This document shows, in pieces, positions 152,138-163,085 of a stretch of DNA of 248,000 nucleotides. Below the pieces are notes generated by a model. That model did no database searches and was not told the DNA's origin. It was given only the letters and a program-made list of their open reading frames with translations. The translations under genes were made by a program, and so were the position numbers. How positions within the stretch are numbered: the first letter of the stretch is position 1; each line of letters opens with the position of its first letter. This stretch comes from Hyalangium minutum (GTDB taxonomy: Bacteria > Myxococcota > Myxococcia > Myxococcales > Myxococcaceae), in the NCBI RefSeq assembly GCF_000737315.1, contig NZ_JMCB01000005.1:20001-268000 (forward strand). The letters are read 5' to 3'.

Positions 152138-152800
152138 TCAGCGCCGCCCCACCTCCCACCAGCCGAAGTACATGGTCCGCTGCTCCATGAGGTGCACCCA
152201 GCCGGGCGCGTGGGTGTAGCGGTAGGGCAGCAGCCCCGCGGTGGTGAGCGCCGAGGCCGTCTCCTCGAACGAGGGGAACGTTACCCACACCGCCGGCCCC
152301 GCCGTCTTCACCTGGCGCCGGTGGATCTCGTGCCCGTCCAGCCCCTGGCGGCGCTCCAGCACGGTGAAGAGCATCCGTCCCTCGGGCTTCAGCGCGCTCC
152401 CGAAGTGGTGCAGCACCTGCCGCAGGTCATCGCAGAAGTCCAGGCAGCCCACCGCCAGCACCACGTCGAAGTGCCCCAGCTCCGAGGGGATGGGCTGGTG
152501 GTAGCTGTGCTCCTGCCACGTGCCCGAGGGGCGCCCCTTGCGCGCCAACTCGATCATCTCCGGCGCCAGGTCCAGCCCCACCACCTCCACGGACGCGTCC
152601 AACCCCCGGGTCAGCAGGCCCGTGCCGCAGCCCACGTCCAACACCCGGCAGCCCGGCTTCACCGCCTCCGCCAGGAAGCGCTCCACCCGGTCCTCGTAGC
152701 GGTGCAGCGACGGGAAGAGCACCTCGTACGCGAGAGCAATCTCTCCATATACCTGCCGGACGTGGTTCTCGTTGCTCTCAGAGGCCATGGCGGCCCGCAC
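152138..152800 (-). CDS. class I SAM methyltransferase
   Basis: LDVGCGTG. Confidence 0.8.
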   Translation of the reverse strand: MRAAMASESNENHVRQVYGEIALAYEVLFPSLHRYEDRVERFLAEAVKPGCRVLDVGCGTGLLTRGLDASVEVVGLDLAPEMIELARKGRPSGTWQEHSYHQPIPSELGHFDVVLAVGCLDFCDDLRQVLHHFGSALKPEGRMLFTVLERRQGLDGHEIHRRQVKTAGPAVWVTFPSFEETASALTTAGLLPYRYTHAPGWVHLMEQRTMYFGWWEVGRR

Positions 152801-153028
152801 CTTAGTGCGGATGAATTCCCTGGGAAGAGGGGGAGAACTCGCACTTCCTGATTCCCTTGATTGCCTCCGTCCACACTACGCACTAAGTTGGCCCCGCCGG
152901 GGTCTGTTCCTCTGGATTCGTGGGGATAGCGGGTCTCGGCATGGGGTAGGAGGCACTCCTACAGGACCGAAAGGTGCCTACCTGGTGCATTGGCTGAGCG
153001 GTATGAAGGACGTTGGGACCATGGAGGG

Positions 153029-154618
153029 ATGATGAGGGCCAGTATCGGCCGGAGGCTGTATGTGTCCTTCGGTCTGCTCGTCGTGGCGTTTGCCGTGCTG
153101 GGAGGGGCGAACATCGTCTCGTCCTACGGCTTTGCCCGCAGTGTGGAGAGCTCGCTGGAGCGTTCGCTCACCCTCGCGCCGGAGCTGTTCGAGCTGCGGA
153201 TGATCCACCAGCGGACCACGGTCCTGTTCTTGTCGGGGGCCCAGAAGGACTCGGCTCCGCCCTCGGAGGAGCTGTCCTCGCAGGAGGAGCGCTTCGCCCA
153301 CAGCCTCGGGGCGCTGCGGGAGAAGGGGTACCCCGGGGCCCGGCTCAATGACGTGCAAGGGCGCTTCACCGGGCTCCTGCTCTTGGGCCGCAAGCTGCTG
153401 GCCGTCTCGGGAGAGGCAGACCCTCAGGGCGCCTTTCTCCTCTTCCAGCAGCAGACCCATGAGCTGGAGCAGCAGTTGGACGCGATGGCGAAGGACGAGG
153501 TGAGCACGGTGCGCACCTCCTTGAAGGTGCTCCGGCGGAACTTCGAGAAGGGCGCGTGGACATTCGCCGGAGGGGTTGTGGGCTGCATCCTCGTGGCGCT
153601 GCTGCTGGCCTTCGGGCTGCGGCGCTCGCTGGTGCACCCGCTGCGGGCGCTCACGGGGGTGGCGCGGGAGATCAGCGAGAACGGGGACCTGACGCTCCAC
153701 GTGCCTGTGCGCTCGGGGGATGAGGTGGGGCAGCTGGCGCACGCCTTCCGGGAGATGGTGGAGCGCCTGCGCACCATTCACAACGAGCTGCGCGCCTCGG
153801 GGGGCACGCTGGCCACCTCGGCGGCGAACGTGCGCCGCTCGGCCGTGCAGCAGCAGGAGACGGTGAGCAGCCAGGCGGCGGCGCTGCACCAGACGCGCGT
153901 CACCGCCGAGGCGCTGCGGGAGACCTCATCGGTGGCGGCCCAGCGCGCGCACTCCGTGCTGGACCTGGCCGTGCGGGCGGACACGCTGGGGCGCGCGGGG
154001 GAGACGTCCATTGCCCAGAGCGTCTCCGGGCTGGCGAACCTGGGGGCGCAGGTGCAGGAGATTGCCCAGCGCATCCGCAACCTGGGGGAGAGCACCCAGC
154101 AGATCGGCGCCATCACCAAGACGGTGAAGGCGCTGGCGGACCGCTCCAACATGTTGGCGCTCAATGCCGCCATCGAGGCGGTGCGCAGCGGCGAGCACGG
154201 CAAGGGCTTCGCCGTGGTGGCGCAGGAGATCCGCTCGCTGGCGGATCAATCCATCGAGGCCACGGTCCGGGTGCGCGAGATTCTGGACGCGGTGGGCCGC
154301 GCGGTGGCGGAGACGGTCAGCATCACCCAGCGCAACGCCGAGCAGATGCAGGGAGGGCTGGAGCAGGTGAGCGCCACGGGCGAGAGCCTGCGGGAGCTGT
154401 CCGGCCTCATTCGCGCGAACGCCAGCGCGGTGAAGGAGATCGTCGCCGCGGTCAGCCAGCAGGACCTGGGCATCGCGCAGATCTTCCTGGCGGTGAGCGA
154501 GCTCTCCAAGATGATGGCGGACACGGAGAAGGAGCTGGACGCCACGAAGACGGCGGCGGTGATGCTCGATGACGTGTCCCAGAAGCTCACGGACGTGGTG
154601 ACGCGCTACCGGGCTTGA
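153029..154618 (+). CDS. orphan methyl-accepting chemotaxis protein
   Basis: HAMP; [23 protein letters not shown]. Confidence 0.9.
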   Translation: MMRASIGRRLYVSFGLLVVAFAVLGGANIVSSYGFARSVESSLERSLTLAPELFELRMIHQRTTVLFLSGAQKDSAPPSEELSSQEERFAHSLGALREKGYPGARLNDVQGRFTGLLLLGRKLLAVSGEADPQGAFLLFQQQTHELEQQLDAMAKDEVSTVRTSLKVLRRNFEKGAWTFAGGVVGCILVALLLAFGLRRSLVHPLRALTGVAREISENGDLTLHVPVRSGDEVGQLAHAFREMVERLRTIHNELRASGGTLATSAANVRRSAVQQQETVSSQAAALHQTRVTAEALRETSSVAAQRAHSVLDLAVRADTLGRAGETSIAQSVSGLANLGAQVQEIAQRIRNLGESTQQIGAITKTVKALADRSNMLALNAAIEAVRSGEHGKGFAVVAQEIRSLADQSIEATVRVREILDAVGRAVAETVSITQRNAEQMQGGLEQVSATGESLRELSGLIRANASAVKEIVAAVSQQDLGIAQIFLAVSELSKMMADTEKELDATKTAAVMLDDVSQKLTDVVTRYRA

Positions 154619-154675
154619 AGCAGCGCTTGACGGCCCAGGCACCCGGGGTGAGCATGGGCCGGTCGGGGCCGGCGG

Positions 154676-157360
154676 TTGCTCACCGCGCACAGAGCATTCT
154701 TCCAGACCATGTTCGTCGACCGCTGTCGTTGCGGGACCCTCTCTGGGACGGGCGCGGCCCGGCTTTTCCTTGTGGCCGGAGTGTTGCTCGCGGTGAGCGC
154801 GGGCGCCTACGAGGGGACGGGGGTCTCCCGGGAGAACCCGGATGCGGGGGTTCCGCAGCCTGCGCCCCAGCTTACGAAGGCGCCGGAGCTCCTCGAGTTC
154901 GTGGAGGCCACCTATCCGCCCGAGGCGCTCGCTCGAGGCGAGGGCGCGGAGGTGGCCTTCTTCATCGACATCGATGAGAACGGCCAGGTGACGCAGGCCG
155001 AGGTGACGCGCTCGGCGGGGCCGGAGTTCGACGCGGCGGCGCGCGAGGCGGTGCTGCGGCTGCGGTTCTCTCCGGCCGAGGTGGATGGGAAGCCCGCGCC
155101 GGTCCGCATCGAGTATGTCTACCACTTCGTGCCCAAGCCGCCGCCGCCGCCCGAGCCCACCGCGCCCGTGGAGCAGCCGGTGAACTTCAAGGGCCGGATT
155201 GTCGAGCGAGGAACGCGGGATCCAATTCCGAACGCCACGGTGTACCTGCCCGAGCAGGGCCTCACGGCGGAGACGGACGTGGAGGGGCGCTTCGAGCTGC
155301 GCGGGGTGACGCCTGGGAAGCTGAAGGTGGAGATCTCCGAGCCGAAGCACCGGAAGTTCCTCACCACCGAGGAGGTGAGGGAGGGCGAGGTGACGGAGCT
155401 GACCGCGTACCTCTGGAAGAAGCTGGAGAGCGGCTTCGAGACGGTGGTGACGGGGGCCCGGGAGAAGAAGGAGGTCGCCCGGCGCACGCTCCAGAAGCAG
155501 GAGCTCCAGAGCGTCCCTGGCACCTTCGGGGATCCGCTCCGCGTGCTGCAGAACATGCCCGGCATGGCGCGGGCGCCCTACATCTCGGGCGCGCTGCTCG
155601 TGCGAGGCGCCCAGCCGCAGGACACGCAGGTGATGATCGACGGGGTGCCCATTCCGCTGCTCTACCACTTCGCGGGGGGGCCTTCGGTGATCAACGCCTC
155701 GTTCATCGACCGGATCGACTTCTTCCCGGGAGCGTACGGGGCGAAGTACGGCCGGGCGCTCGCGGGCATCGTGGACGTGGGGACGCGGCCTCCGGAGCCC
155801 AAGCGCCTGCATGGCCTCGTCGACATCGACCTGCTGGACTCGGGCTTCTACCTGGAGGCGCCGCTGAGCTCGGAGAAGAACTACGGGTCGGTCGCGGTGG
155901 CGGCCCGGCGCAGCTACATCGACGTGCTGCTGCCGCCCATCCTGGAGGCCTTCCGCGAGCCCGGCCAGGCCTCGACCGTGGCCTCGCCGTACTACTGGGA
156001 CTACCAGGCACGCTACGACTTGAAGCTCGGGAAGGATCGGTTCGAGGTGGTCGCGTTCGGCTCGAGTGACCGGCTGGAGGTCTCCCAGAGCGGCTCGGAG
156101 GAGACCCAGCCCTTCTCGTTGGACACGTCCCAGGCCTTCCACCGGTTCCGGCTGGGCTGGAGCCGCCCGACCGAGTCCGGGTGGAAGCTGTCCCTGTCGC
156201 CCACCGTGGGCGTCACCCCGTTCAACTTCCGGATTGGGGATCAGTTCAAGGGGAGCATCACCTCGCGGGACGTGAACCTGAGAGGGGCCGCCGAGAAGGA
156301 GCTCGCCAAGGGGCTCTCCTTCGAGACGGGAGTGGACCTCAACGCCTCCTTCTATGACGTGCGCTTCGAGTTCCCTCAGGTGGCCAAGCCGGGCGAGGAG
156401 CCTCCTCCGCCCGTGGTCATCCAGGAGGACGTGAACGTGTCCACGTACGCGGCCTACGCCGAGGCGGTCTGGTCGCCCGTGGAGGCACTGAAGATCGTCC
156501 CGGGGCTCCGCTTCGAGGCCTACCACCTGCCCGGCGGGTGGCGCCCCTCGCTCGAGCCCCGGATTGCCACGCGCTACGCGGTGAACGACCGGCTCACGGC
156601 GAAGGCGGCGTTCGGCATCTTCCGGCAGGCGCCCCAGCCCAGCGAGATGGCGCCTCGGTTCGGCAACCCGGACCTGGGGCTGCTGCGGAGCCGGCAGACG
156701 GCGGGCGGCATCGAGTGGAAGTTCACTCAGGCGCTGCTGCTGGACCTGCAGGGCTTCTACAACTGGCGGGATCGGCTCGTGGTGTTCACTCAGGACTTCG
156801 TGGAGCGGGACGGCAAGCAGGAGCCCGAGCTCTATGACCACGATGGGAAGGGGCGGGCCTACGGCGTCGAGGTGCTGCTCAAGCACGAGCTCACCGAGCG
156901 CTTCTATGGATGGGTGGCCTACACGCTGTCCCGGTCCGTGCAGCTCGACGAGGACACGGGCACGTACGTGCCAGTCGAGTTCGATCAGTCGCACATCCTC
157001 ACGCTGGTGGGCTCTTACAAGCTGGACAGCGGCTGGGAGGTGGGGATGCGGTTCCGCCTCACGACGGGGCGGCCGGAGACGCCCATCACGGGCGGCACCT
157101 TCAACGCGGACACGGGCCGGTACTTCCCCGACGAGGGCAGGCCCGGCTCGGCGCGAGGCGCCACCTTCCACCAGCTGGATCTCCGCGCCGAGAAGCAATG
157201 GACGTTCGAGCGCTGGCGGCTGTCGGCGTACCTGGACGTGCAGAACATCTACAACGCCTCGAACCCGGAGGGGACGCTCTGGGACTACCGGTACCGCGAG
157301 AGCGCGCCGCTCCGAGGCCTTCCGCTGCTTCCCACCTTTGGCGTCAAGGGAGAGTTCTGA
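154676..157360 (+). CDS. TonB-C-fused TonB-dependent receptor
   Basis: TonB-C, carboxypeptidase-like domain, plug GDPLRVLQNMPG, barrel. Confidence 0.85.
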   Translation: MLTAHRAFFQTMFVDRCRCGTLSGTGAARLFLVAGVLLAVSAGAYEGTGVSRENPDAGVPQPAPQLTKAPELLEFVEATYPPEALARGEGAEVAFFIDIDENGQVTQAEVTRSAGPEFDAAAREAVLRLRFSPAEVDGKPAPVRIEYVYHFVPKPPPPPEPTAPVEQPVNFKGRIVERGTRDPIPNATVYLPEQGLTAETDVEGRFELRGVTPGKLKVEISEPKHRKFLTTEEVREGEVTELTAYLWKKLESGFETVVTGAREKKEVARRTLQKQELQSVPGTFGDPLRVLQNMPGMARAPYISGALLVRGAQPQDTQVMIDGVPIPLLYHFAGGPSVINASFIDRIDFFPGAYGAKYGRALAGIVDVGTRPPEPKRLHGLVDIDLLDSGFYLEAPLSSEKNYGSVAVAARRSYIDVLLPPILEAFREPGQASTVASPYYWDYQARYDLKLGKDRFEVVAFGSSDRLEVSQSGSEETQPFSLDTSQAFHRFRLGWSRPTESGWKLSLSPTVGVTPFNFRIGDQFKGSITSRDVNLRGAAEKELAKGLSFETGVDLNASFYDVRFEFPQVAKPGEEPPPPVVIQEDVNVSTYAAYAEAVWSPVEALKIVPGLRFEAYHLPGGWRPSLEPRIATRYAVNDRLTAKAAFGIFRQAPQPSEMAPRFGNPDLGLLRSRQTAGGIEWKFTQALLLDLQGFYNWRDRLVVFTQDFVERDGKQEPELYDHDGKGRAYGVEVLLKHELTERFYGWVAYTLSRSVQLDEDTGTYVPVEFDQSHILTLVGSYKLDSGWEVGMRFRLTTGRPETPITGGTFNADTGRYFPDEGRPGSARGATFHQLDLRAEKQWTFERWRLSAYLDVQNIYNASNPEGTLWDYRYRESAPLRGLPLLPTFGVKGEF

Positions 157361-158316
157361 TGCCTGCCCACCGGATGATGACCCTGTCCGTGCTCGTGTC
157401 GCTGACGGCCTGCTCCTATGACTTCGAGCGGTCGAGCGAGATCCGTGACCGCCGGATCCTCGCCGTGCAGATTGAGCCCCCCGAGGTGGCGGGTGGCGCT
157501 CCATTGCCGGAGGCCGTGCTGGCCCAGGCGCTGGTGGTGGATCCCGCGAATCCGCTGGCCGCTGTAGAGGTGAGCTGGCGCTCCTGCCTACGCCTGCCGA
157601 GGGCCGCTGCCGACGTGGGCGAGGCGGAGAACACCCGCTGCCCCGAGGACGAGAACACGGTCCTCCTCGGGAGCAGCTCGGCCGCCCTGGAGGCTGTCTC
157701 CCTGGGCGCTCCATTGCCTCCAGAGCTGGTGGGCCTGCTGGCCGCCGCGAGCGACGTGCCAGCGCCGCAGCTCCAGGTCCAGGTCGAGGTGAGCTCGGAG
157801 CCACAGCCGCTGGTGGCCGTGAAGCAGCTCACGGTGACCTCACGCCTGCCGGAGGGGCAGGAGCCCAACCGCAACCCCGTGCTTCAGAGGGTGACGCTGG
157901 ATGGCACGGACTGGCTCCCGGACACGCCGAGGACGCTCAAGTACGGCGACTGCCCGGACGAGGAGAAGAAGGAGGCCGAGGCCGACGATGGGAGCAGGGT
158001 GCTTGTCTGCGAGCACGACGTGGAGCCGTTCTTCGACGAGGAGACGCAGTCCCAGTTCTACGAGGAGCGTGGGTTCAGCGGGGAGCCGGAGCTGCAGCGA
158101 GAGATCCTCCGGTTCGCGTGGTTCACGGACGCGGGCTCCTTCCGGCGGAACAACACCCGGCAGTTCGACCCGAGAGACCCTTCCCCTGACAACGTAGGTC
158201 CGCAGAATAATTGGCGGGAACCTGCCACCAAGACCGAGCGAGCCACCCTCTGGCTGATCGTCCGCGACGGCCGGGGTGGCACCTCCTGGCTGCGCCGCGA
158301 GGTGATCTTCGAGTAG
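157360..158316 (+). CDS. lipoprotein partner of TBDR
   Basis: LTAC; RDGRGG end. Confidence 0.7.
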   Translation: MPAHRMMTLSVLVSLTACSYDFERSSEIRDRRILAVQIEPPEVAGGAPLPEAVLAQALVVDPANPLAAVEVSWRSCLRLPRAAADVGEAENTRCPEDENTVLLGSSSAALEAVSLGAPLPPELVGLLAAASDVPAPQLQVQVEVSSEPQPLVAVKQLTVTSRLPEGQEPNRNPVLQRVTLDGTDWLPDTPRTLKYGDCPDEEKKEAEADDGSRVLVCEHDVEPFFDEETQSQFYEERGFSGEPELQREILRFAWFTDAGSFRRNNTRQFDPRDPSPDNVGPQNNWREPATKTERATLWLIVRDGRGGTSWLRREVIFE

Positions 158317-158338
158317 CCGGTCTCCCCACCTTGAAATC

Positions 158339-158375
158339 GTGTTTTGTGGACACTAAGTTAGTGTCAAAGAGACAC
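158339..158375 (+). promoter_or_regulatory. tandem NrtR-like operator
   Basis: GTGTTTTGTGGACAC-TAAGTTA-GTGTCAAAGAGACAC, two GT-N7-AC boxes. Confidence 0.55.
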
Positions 158376-158393
158376 GAAAGGAGGGTGGGAGCC

Positions 158394-159395
158394 ATGCCCA
158401 TCCGGTACATCAAGGCGGCGCCGACGACGTACGTCATCCAGTTCCAAGACGGGAAGGTGAGGCGGGAGGGGCCGGGGTTGTCGTTCCTGTACTGGGCGCC
158501 GACGACGACGCTGGTGGCGGTGCCGCTGGCCAGCGCGGACGTGCCCTTCGTGTTCAACGAGGTGACGAAGGACTTCCAGGCGGTGACGCTGCAGGGGCAG
158601 CTCACGTACCGTGTGGCGGATCCGAAGCGGCTGGCCTCGCTGCTGGACTACTCCATCACTCCGGGGGGCAAGTACCTCTCGAACGACCCGGAGAAGCTGG
158701 AGGAGCGGTTGGTGCAGGTGGCGCAGGTGCGTGCGCGCACGGTGGTTCAGGGCATGGACCTGCGCGAGGTGCTGGTGCGCTCGGAGGTGGTGGAGGCGCA
158801 GGTGCTGGCGGCGCTGGGGGCCACGGAGGCCATCCGCATGCTGGGCGTGGAGGTGATGGGCTTCTCGCTGCTGTCGGTGCGGCCCACGCCGGAGATGTCC
158901 CGGGCGCTCGAGGCCGAGGCCCGCGAGGGCCTGCAGCGCCGTGCGGACGAGGCCATCTACTCGCGCCGCAACGCCGCGGTGGAGCAGGAGCGCCGCATCA
159001 AGGAGAGCGAGCTGTCCACGGAGCTGGCGGTGGAGGAGAAGCGTCGGCAGATCCGCGAGGCGCAGATGGCGGCGGACATCGCGGTGGAGGAGCAGCGCGC
159101 CGCGCTCATGGCGCGCTGGACGGAGAACGAGCGCCATGCCGCTGACGCGCGCGCCTACGCTCTGGAGAAGGTGTTGGCGCCCGTGCGCGGGGTGGACTGG
159201 AAGACGCTCATGGCGGCCAACGGAGGAGGGAACGACCCGAAGCTGAACATCGCCCTGGCGTTCCGGGAGATGGCGGAGAACGCGGGGAAGATCGGCGAGC
159301 TGAACATGTCGCCGGAGCTGCTGAGCGGGCTGCTGGGGCCCACGCAGAAGGAGCCCGCCTCCGAGCCGCAGCAGCGCACGCGGGGCAACCGGTGA
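158394..159395 (+). CDS. SPFH/band-7 protein
   Basis: SPFH domain + coiled coil. Confidence 0.8.
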   Translation: MPIRYIKAAPTTYVIQFQDGKVRREGPGLSFLYWAPTTTLVAVPLASADVPFVFNEVTKDFQAVTLQGQLTYRVADPKRLASLLDYSITPGGKYLSNDPEKLEERLVQVAQVRARTVVQGMDLREVLVRSEVVEAQVLAALGATEAIRMLGVEVMGFSLLSVRPTPEMSRALEAEAREGLQRRADEAIYSRRNAAVEQERRIKESELSTELAVEEKRRQIREAQMAADIAVEEQRAALMARWTENERHAADARAYALEKVLAPVRGVDWKTLMAANGGGNDPKLNIALAFREMAENAGKIGELNMSPELLSGLLGPTQKEPASEPQQRTRGNR

Positions 159396-159402
159396 GGGCG
159401 CC

Positions 159403-160323
159403 ATGTTCGAGAAGATCATCCTCGTCACGAGGAAGACGCGGCTGGAGGAGCTCGTCGAGCGGCTGAACACCCGCGCCCAGGCGCGCTTCTACCTGGAGCA
159501 CGCCGGGCAGGACTTCGAGGACTACGCGCGCGAGGACGACGCCTACCGCCGGGCCTTGGACGGGCTGCACGGCGCGCTGTCGCTGGGGCTGCCGGTGCAG
159601 CAGGTGGATCGCTCACTGGTGCCCACCTTCCTCTTCAGCGGCAAGGAGGTGGTGGTGGCGGTGGGGCAGGACGGGCTGGTGGCCAACGTGGCCAAGTACG
159701 TGGGCGGCCAGCCGCTGGTGGGCGTGAACCCGGACCTCTCGCGCTTCGATGGAGTGCTGCTGCCCTTCGGTGTGACGGGTGCGCGCGCGGCGGTGCGCAA
159801 GACGCTGGAGGGCAAGGCGAGCGTTCGCGAGGTCACCCTGGCGGAGGTACGCCTCCAGGATGGGCAGCGGCTGCTGGCCTTCAATGACCTGTTCCTCGGG
159901 GCGCGCACGCACGTCTCCGCCCGCTACACGCTGCGCTATGGGGACACGGCCGAGCCCCAGTCCTCCAGCGGAGTGGTCGTCTCCACCGGTGCGGGCTCCA
160001 GCGGGTGGCTCTCGTCCATCTTCAACCTGGCCCGGGGGATCACGGAGAGCACGGGCGGCGTGCCCGGGAGCGCGTGGCGCATGGGCTGGGAAGACCCTCG
160101 GCTGGCCTTCGTGGTGCGCGAGCCCTTCATCAGCCGCCACTCCTCGGCCCGCCTCATCAGCGGCTTCGTCACCGCCGAGCACGAGCTGGTGCTGGAGTCC
160201 CGCATGCCCTCGGGCGGCGTCATCTTCAGTGATGGTGTCGAGGAGGACTTCCTGGCCTTCAGCGCGGGGGCCACCGCTCACATCCGCCCGGCGGCCCAAC
160301 GCGCCCGGCTCGTGGTTCCATGA
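159403..160323 (+). CDS. NAD kinase-like protein
   Basis: GQDG, FND, SSG..VSTGAGS.GW. Confidence 0.75.
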   Translation: MFEKIILVTRKTRLEELVERLNTRAQARFYLEHAGQDFEDYAREDDAYRRALDGLHGALSLGLPVQQVDRSLVPTFLFSGKEVVVAVGQDGLVANVAKYVGGQPLVGVNPDLSRFDGVLLPFGVTGARAAVRKTLEGKASVREVTLAEVRLQDGQRLLAFNDLFLGARTHVSARYTLRYGDTAEPQSSSGVVVSTGAGSSGWLSSIFNLARGITESTGGVPGSAWRMGWEDPRLAFVVREPFISRHSSARLISGFVTAEHELVLESRMPSGGVIFSDGVEEDFLAFSAGATAHIRPAAQRARLVVP

Positions 160324-160628
160324 GAGCCGTCAGGCTGCTTGCCCGACGGCCAGACGCCCGTCAACCCCCTGAAAATCGGCCTCGCCTGCACCTCCGGCCC
160401 TGTCGGGGCATCTCATGAATATGGGAGGCTGGGGATGCTTCCCCGTCCGGTGGGCAAAGGCGCCCTGCCTCTCCGGGCGAGGAATTGTGGGCGTGGAGCC
160501 TGGATCAGGCTTACCTTTAGGGAGAGTAGGGTAGGCTGGAGCATGTCACGGGACGCGGAACGTTTCACCGGAGTTGCACGTCGTAGAATTCAGGCGTAGG
160601 ACGCAATTCCGGGGGGTGGTGAGGAGTG

Positions 160629-161054
160629 AATATGGTCGGCCTCGTCGTCGCATCTCACGGGCGTCTAGCGGAAGAGCTGGTAGCCACCGCCGAGCAGATC
160701 GTCGGCAAGCTGCCCGCAGTGGCTACGTGCAACATCGAGCCGGGGACGTCCGTCGAGGACCTCCGGATGAAGATGAAGCAGGCCGTGGCCAAGGTCGATG
160801 ACGGGGAAGGCGTCATCGTCATGGCCGACCTCTTTGGAGGCACTCCTTGTAAGGAATCCCTGATGATGTGTCAGCGGGGCAATCTCGAAGTGCTCGCTGG
160901 CGTGAACCTCCCGATGATTCTCAAGGCCAACTCCCTGCGTGGCGAGCACTTGCCGCTGGCGGAGATGGCCTCCTTGCTGGCCTCGCACGGCCAGCGCAAC
161001 ATCACCTGCGCATCCGCCCTGCTTCGCGAAGCTCAGCAGTCATCTCGAACTTGA
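160629..161054 (+). CDS. PTS mannose-family IIA
   Basis: VASHG; DLFGGTP; GVNLPM. Confidence 0.9.
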   Translation, partial: NMVGLVVASHGRLAEELVATAEQIVGKLPAVATCNIEPGTSVEDLRMKMKQAVAKVDDGEGVIVMADLFGGTPCKESLMMCQRGNLEVLAGVNLPMILKANSLRGEHLPLAEMASLLASHGQRNITCASALLREAQQSSRT

Positions 161055-161087
161055 CGCGGAGCCGCTCGTCGGCGATTCGAGGCAGCC

Positions 161088-161573
161088 GTGATCACCCTGG
161101 TTCGGGTCGACAACCGCCTCATTCATGGACAGGTCGTGGAGGCCTGGCTGCCGCACCTCAAGGTGCAGCGCGTCGTCGTGGCCGATGACGAGGCCGCCTC
161201 CAGCCCGCTCATCCGTGCCGCCATGGCGCTGGCGATCCAAAGTGCCATTGAAGTGCAGATTCAGCCGCTGGCGCAGGTGGACTTCGTCGCGCTGACGAAG
161301 GACGGCGTGCGCACCCTGGTGCTGCTGAGGGACGTGGCGGCCGTGCCATTTGCCTACGCGCATGGGCTGACGCTGGACCACCTGAACCTGGGCAACGTGC
161401 ACTTCGGTGCGGGCCGCCGGCAGGTGTCGCCCTCCGTCTTCTTGGCGGAGGCGGAGGTCCAGGCGCTCCAGGGGCTGGCGGACAAGGGCGTCCGGGTCGA
161501 GGCCCGCGCGGTGCCCTCCGAGAAGGCCGTGGAGCTGGGAGAGCTGACCGAGCGCTGGACAAAGGGCGGGTGA
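161088..161573 (+). CDS. PTS mannose-family IIB
   Basis: RVDNRLIHGQV. Confidence 0.9.
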   Translation: MITLVRVDNRLIHGQVVEAWLPHLKVQRVVVADDEAASSPLIRAAMALAIQSAIEVQIQPLAQVDFVALTKDGVRTLVLLRDVAAVPFAYAHGLTLDHLNLGNVHFGAGRRQVSPSVFLAEAEVQALQGLADKGVRVEARAVPSEKAVELGELTERWTKGG

Positions 161574-161577
161574 CCCT

Positions 161578-162294
161578 GTGAGCGTGGGCTGGACCCAGGT
161601 TCTGCTCGCGTTCTTGTGGGGCGGCCTCGTCGCCGTGGAGCGCAAGGCGTTCCTCCAGGCGATGCTCTCCCGGCCGCTGGCCTCCGCGACCGTGATGGGG
161701 CTGCTGCTGGGAGACCTGCGCGCGGGCCTCTTCATCGGCATGCTGCTGGAGCTGTTCTACCTGGGCACCGCGAACCTGGGCGCCGCGCTGCCGGAGAATG
161801 ACACCGTGTCGGCCACGGGCACGGCGGCGGCGGCGGCCACCATGGCGGCGGCCACGGGCGCGGGCTCGACGCAGGCGCTCTGGTCCGTGGCCATCCTGCT
161901 CTTCCTGCCGCTGGGCCGGGCGGGGCGCATCGCGGACCGCATGCTGGAGGGCTACATGGCGCGGCTGGCGCGGGTGGCCCTGGCCTCGGCCGAGGCGGGC
162001 AACCTCTCTCGCGCGGTGCGGCAGAACCTCTGGGGCATGTGGCCTCACTTCCTCGTGTACGGGCTGGTGGCGGCGCTGTGCGCGCTGCTCGGCTTCTTCC
162101 TCGGGCCACTGGTGGAGCGGCTGCCGTTGGACTTGCTGCGCGGGCTGGCGTGGGCCTTCCCGGCAATGGCCTCGGTGGCGGCGGCGCTGGCGGCGCAGGG
162201 CAGCCATGCGAAGCGGGCTCCGCTGTACGCGGGGCTGGGCGCCACGGTGGTGACGTTGCTGGTCATCCTGTTTACCCTCCAGGAGGGCCGGTGA
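161578..162294 (+). CDS. PTS mannose-family IIC
   Basis: SRPL; LELFYLG. Confidence 0.85.
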   Translation: MSVGWTQVLLAFLWGGLVAVERKAFLQAMLSRPLASATVMGLLLGDLRAGLFIGMLLELFYLGTANLGAALPENDTVSATGTAAAAATMAAATGAGSTQALWSVAILLFLPLGRAGRIADRMLEGYMARLARVALASAEAGNLSRAVRQNLWGMWPHFLVYGLVAALCALLGFFLGPLVERLPLDLLRGLAWAFPAMASVAAALAAQGSHAKRAPLYAGLGATVVTLLVILFTLQEGR

Positions 162295-163061
162295 GCACGA
162301 CCGACCCCACCACCCTCGGCCGGACCGTGCTGCTTCGGGTGCTGCTGCGCTCACTGGCGCTGCAGGCCTCGTGGAACCCCAAGGGCATGCAGAACCTGGG
162401 GCTGGCGTACGCGCTCTTCCCGGCGCTGGAGCAGCTCTACCCGGACAAGAAGGCGCAGGAGGCCGCGGTGCAGCGGCACCTGGTCTTCTTCAACACGCAC
162501 CCATACGTGGCGGCGGCGATTGTGGGCGGGGTGCTCTACCACGAGCAGCGCATTGCCCGGGGCGAGGAGCCACCGGACAAGGTGGTGGCCTTCAAGGCGG
162601 CGCTCATGGGGCCGCTGGCGGCGCTGGGGGATGGGTTCTTCTGGCTCTCGCTGAAGCCGGCCGTGGGGGCCATATGCGCCGCCCTGGTGCCCGTGCTGCA
162701 TGCGTGGGCCGTGGTGCTCTTCCTGTTCCTCTACAACTTCGTGCACTTCACGCTGCGCGCCCGCTTCTATTGGATGGGCCTCACGCTGGGCGACAGATTG
162801 GTGGAGGCGATTGCCCGTGCCAACCTGCCCACGCGGGGGGCTCGGCTCCGCTCGGTGGCGGCGGCGTGCGCGGGGGGCCTGGCTGCGTGGCTCGCGGTGG
162901 ACCTGGGGAAGACGGCGGGCGGGGACCATGCGCCTTGGCTGGTGGCGGGCTGCCTGGTCTTGGGGGTTGCGTCCTACGTGCTCGTTCAACAGCGGGTGCC
163001 CAATTACGTCGTGCTGTACCTTGCCGCGGGGCTGGCGTGCGCGGCGGGAGCCTTTCTCTAG
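162291..163061 (+). CDS. PTS mannose-family IID
   Basis: WN.KGMQ; FFNTHP; GPLAALGD. Confidence 0.9.
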   Translation: MSTTDPTTLGRTVLLRVLLRSLALQASWNPKGMQNLGLAYALFPALEQLYPDKKAQEAAVQRHLVFFNTHPYVAAAIVGGVLYHEQRIARGEEPPDKVVAFKAALMGPLAALGDGFFWLSLKPAVGAICAALVPVLHAWAVVLFLFLYNFVHFTLRARFYWMGLTLGDRLVEAIARANLPTRGARLRSVAAACAGGLAAWLAVDLGKTAGGDHAPWLVAGCLVLGVASYVLVQQRVPNYVVLYLAAGLACAAGAFL

Positions 163062-163085
163062 TGAAGCGGGAGTGTGAAGCCGCCC

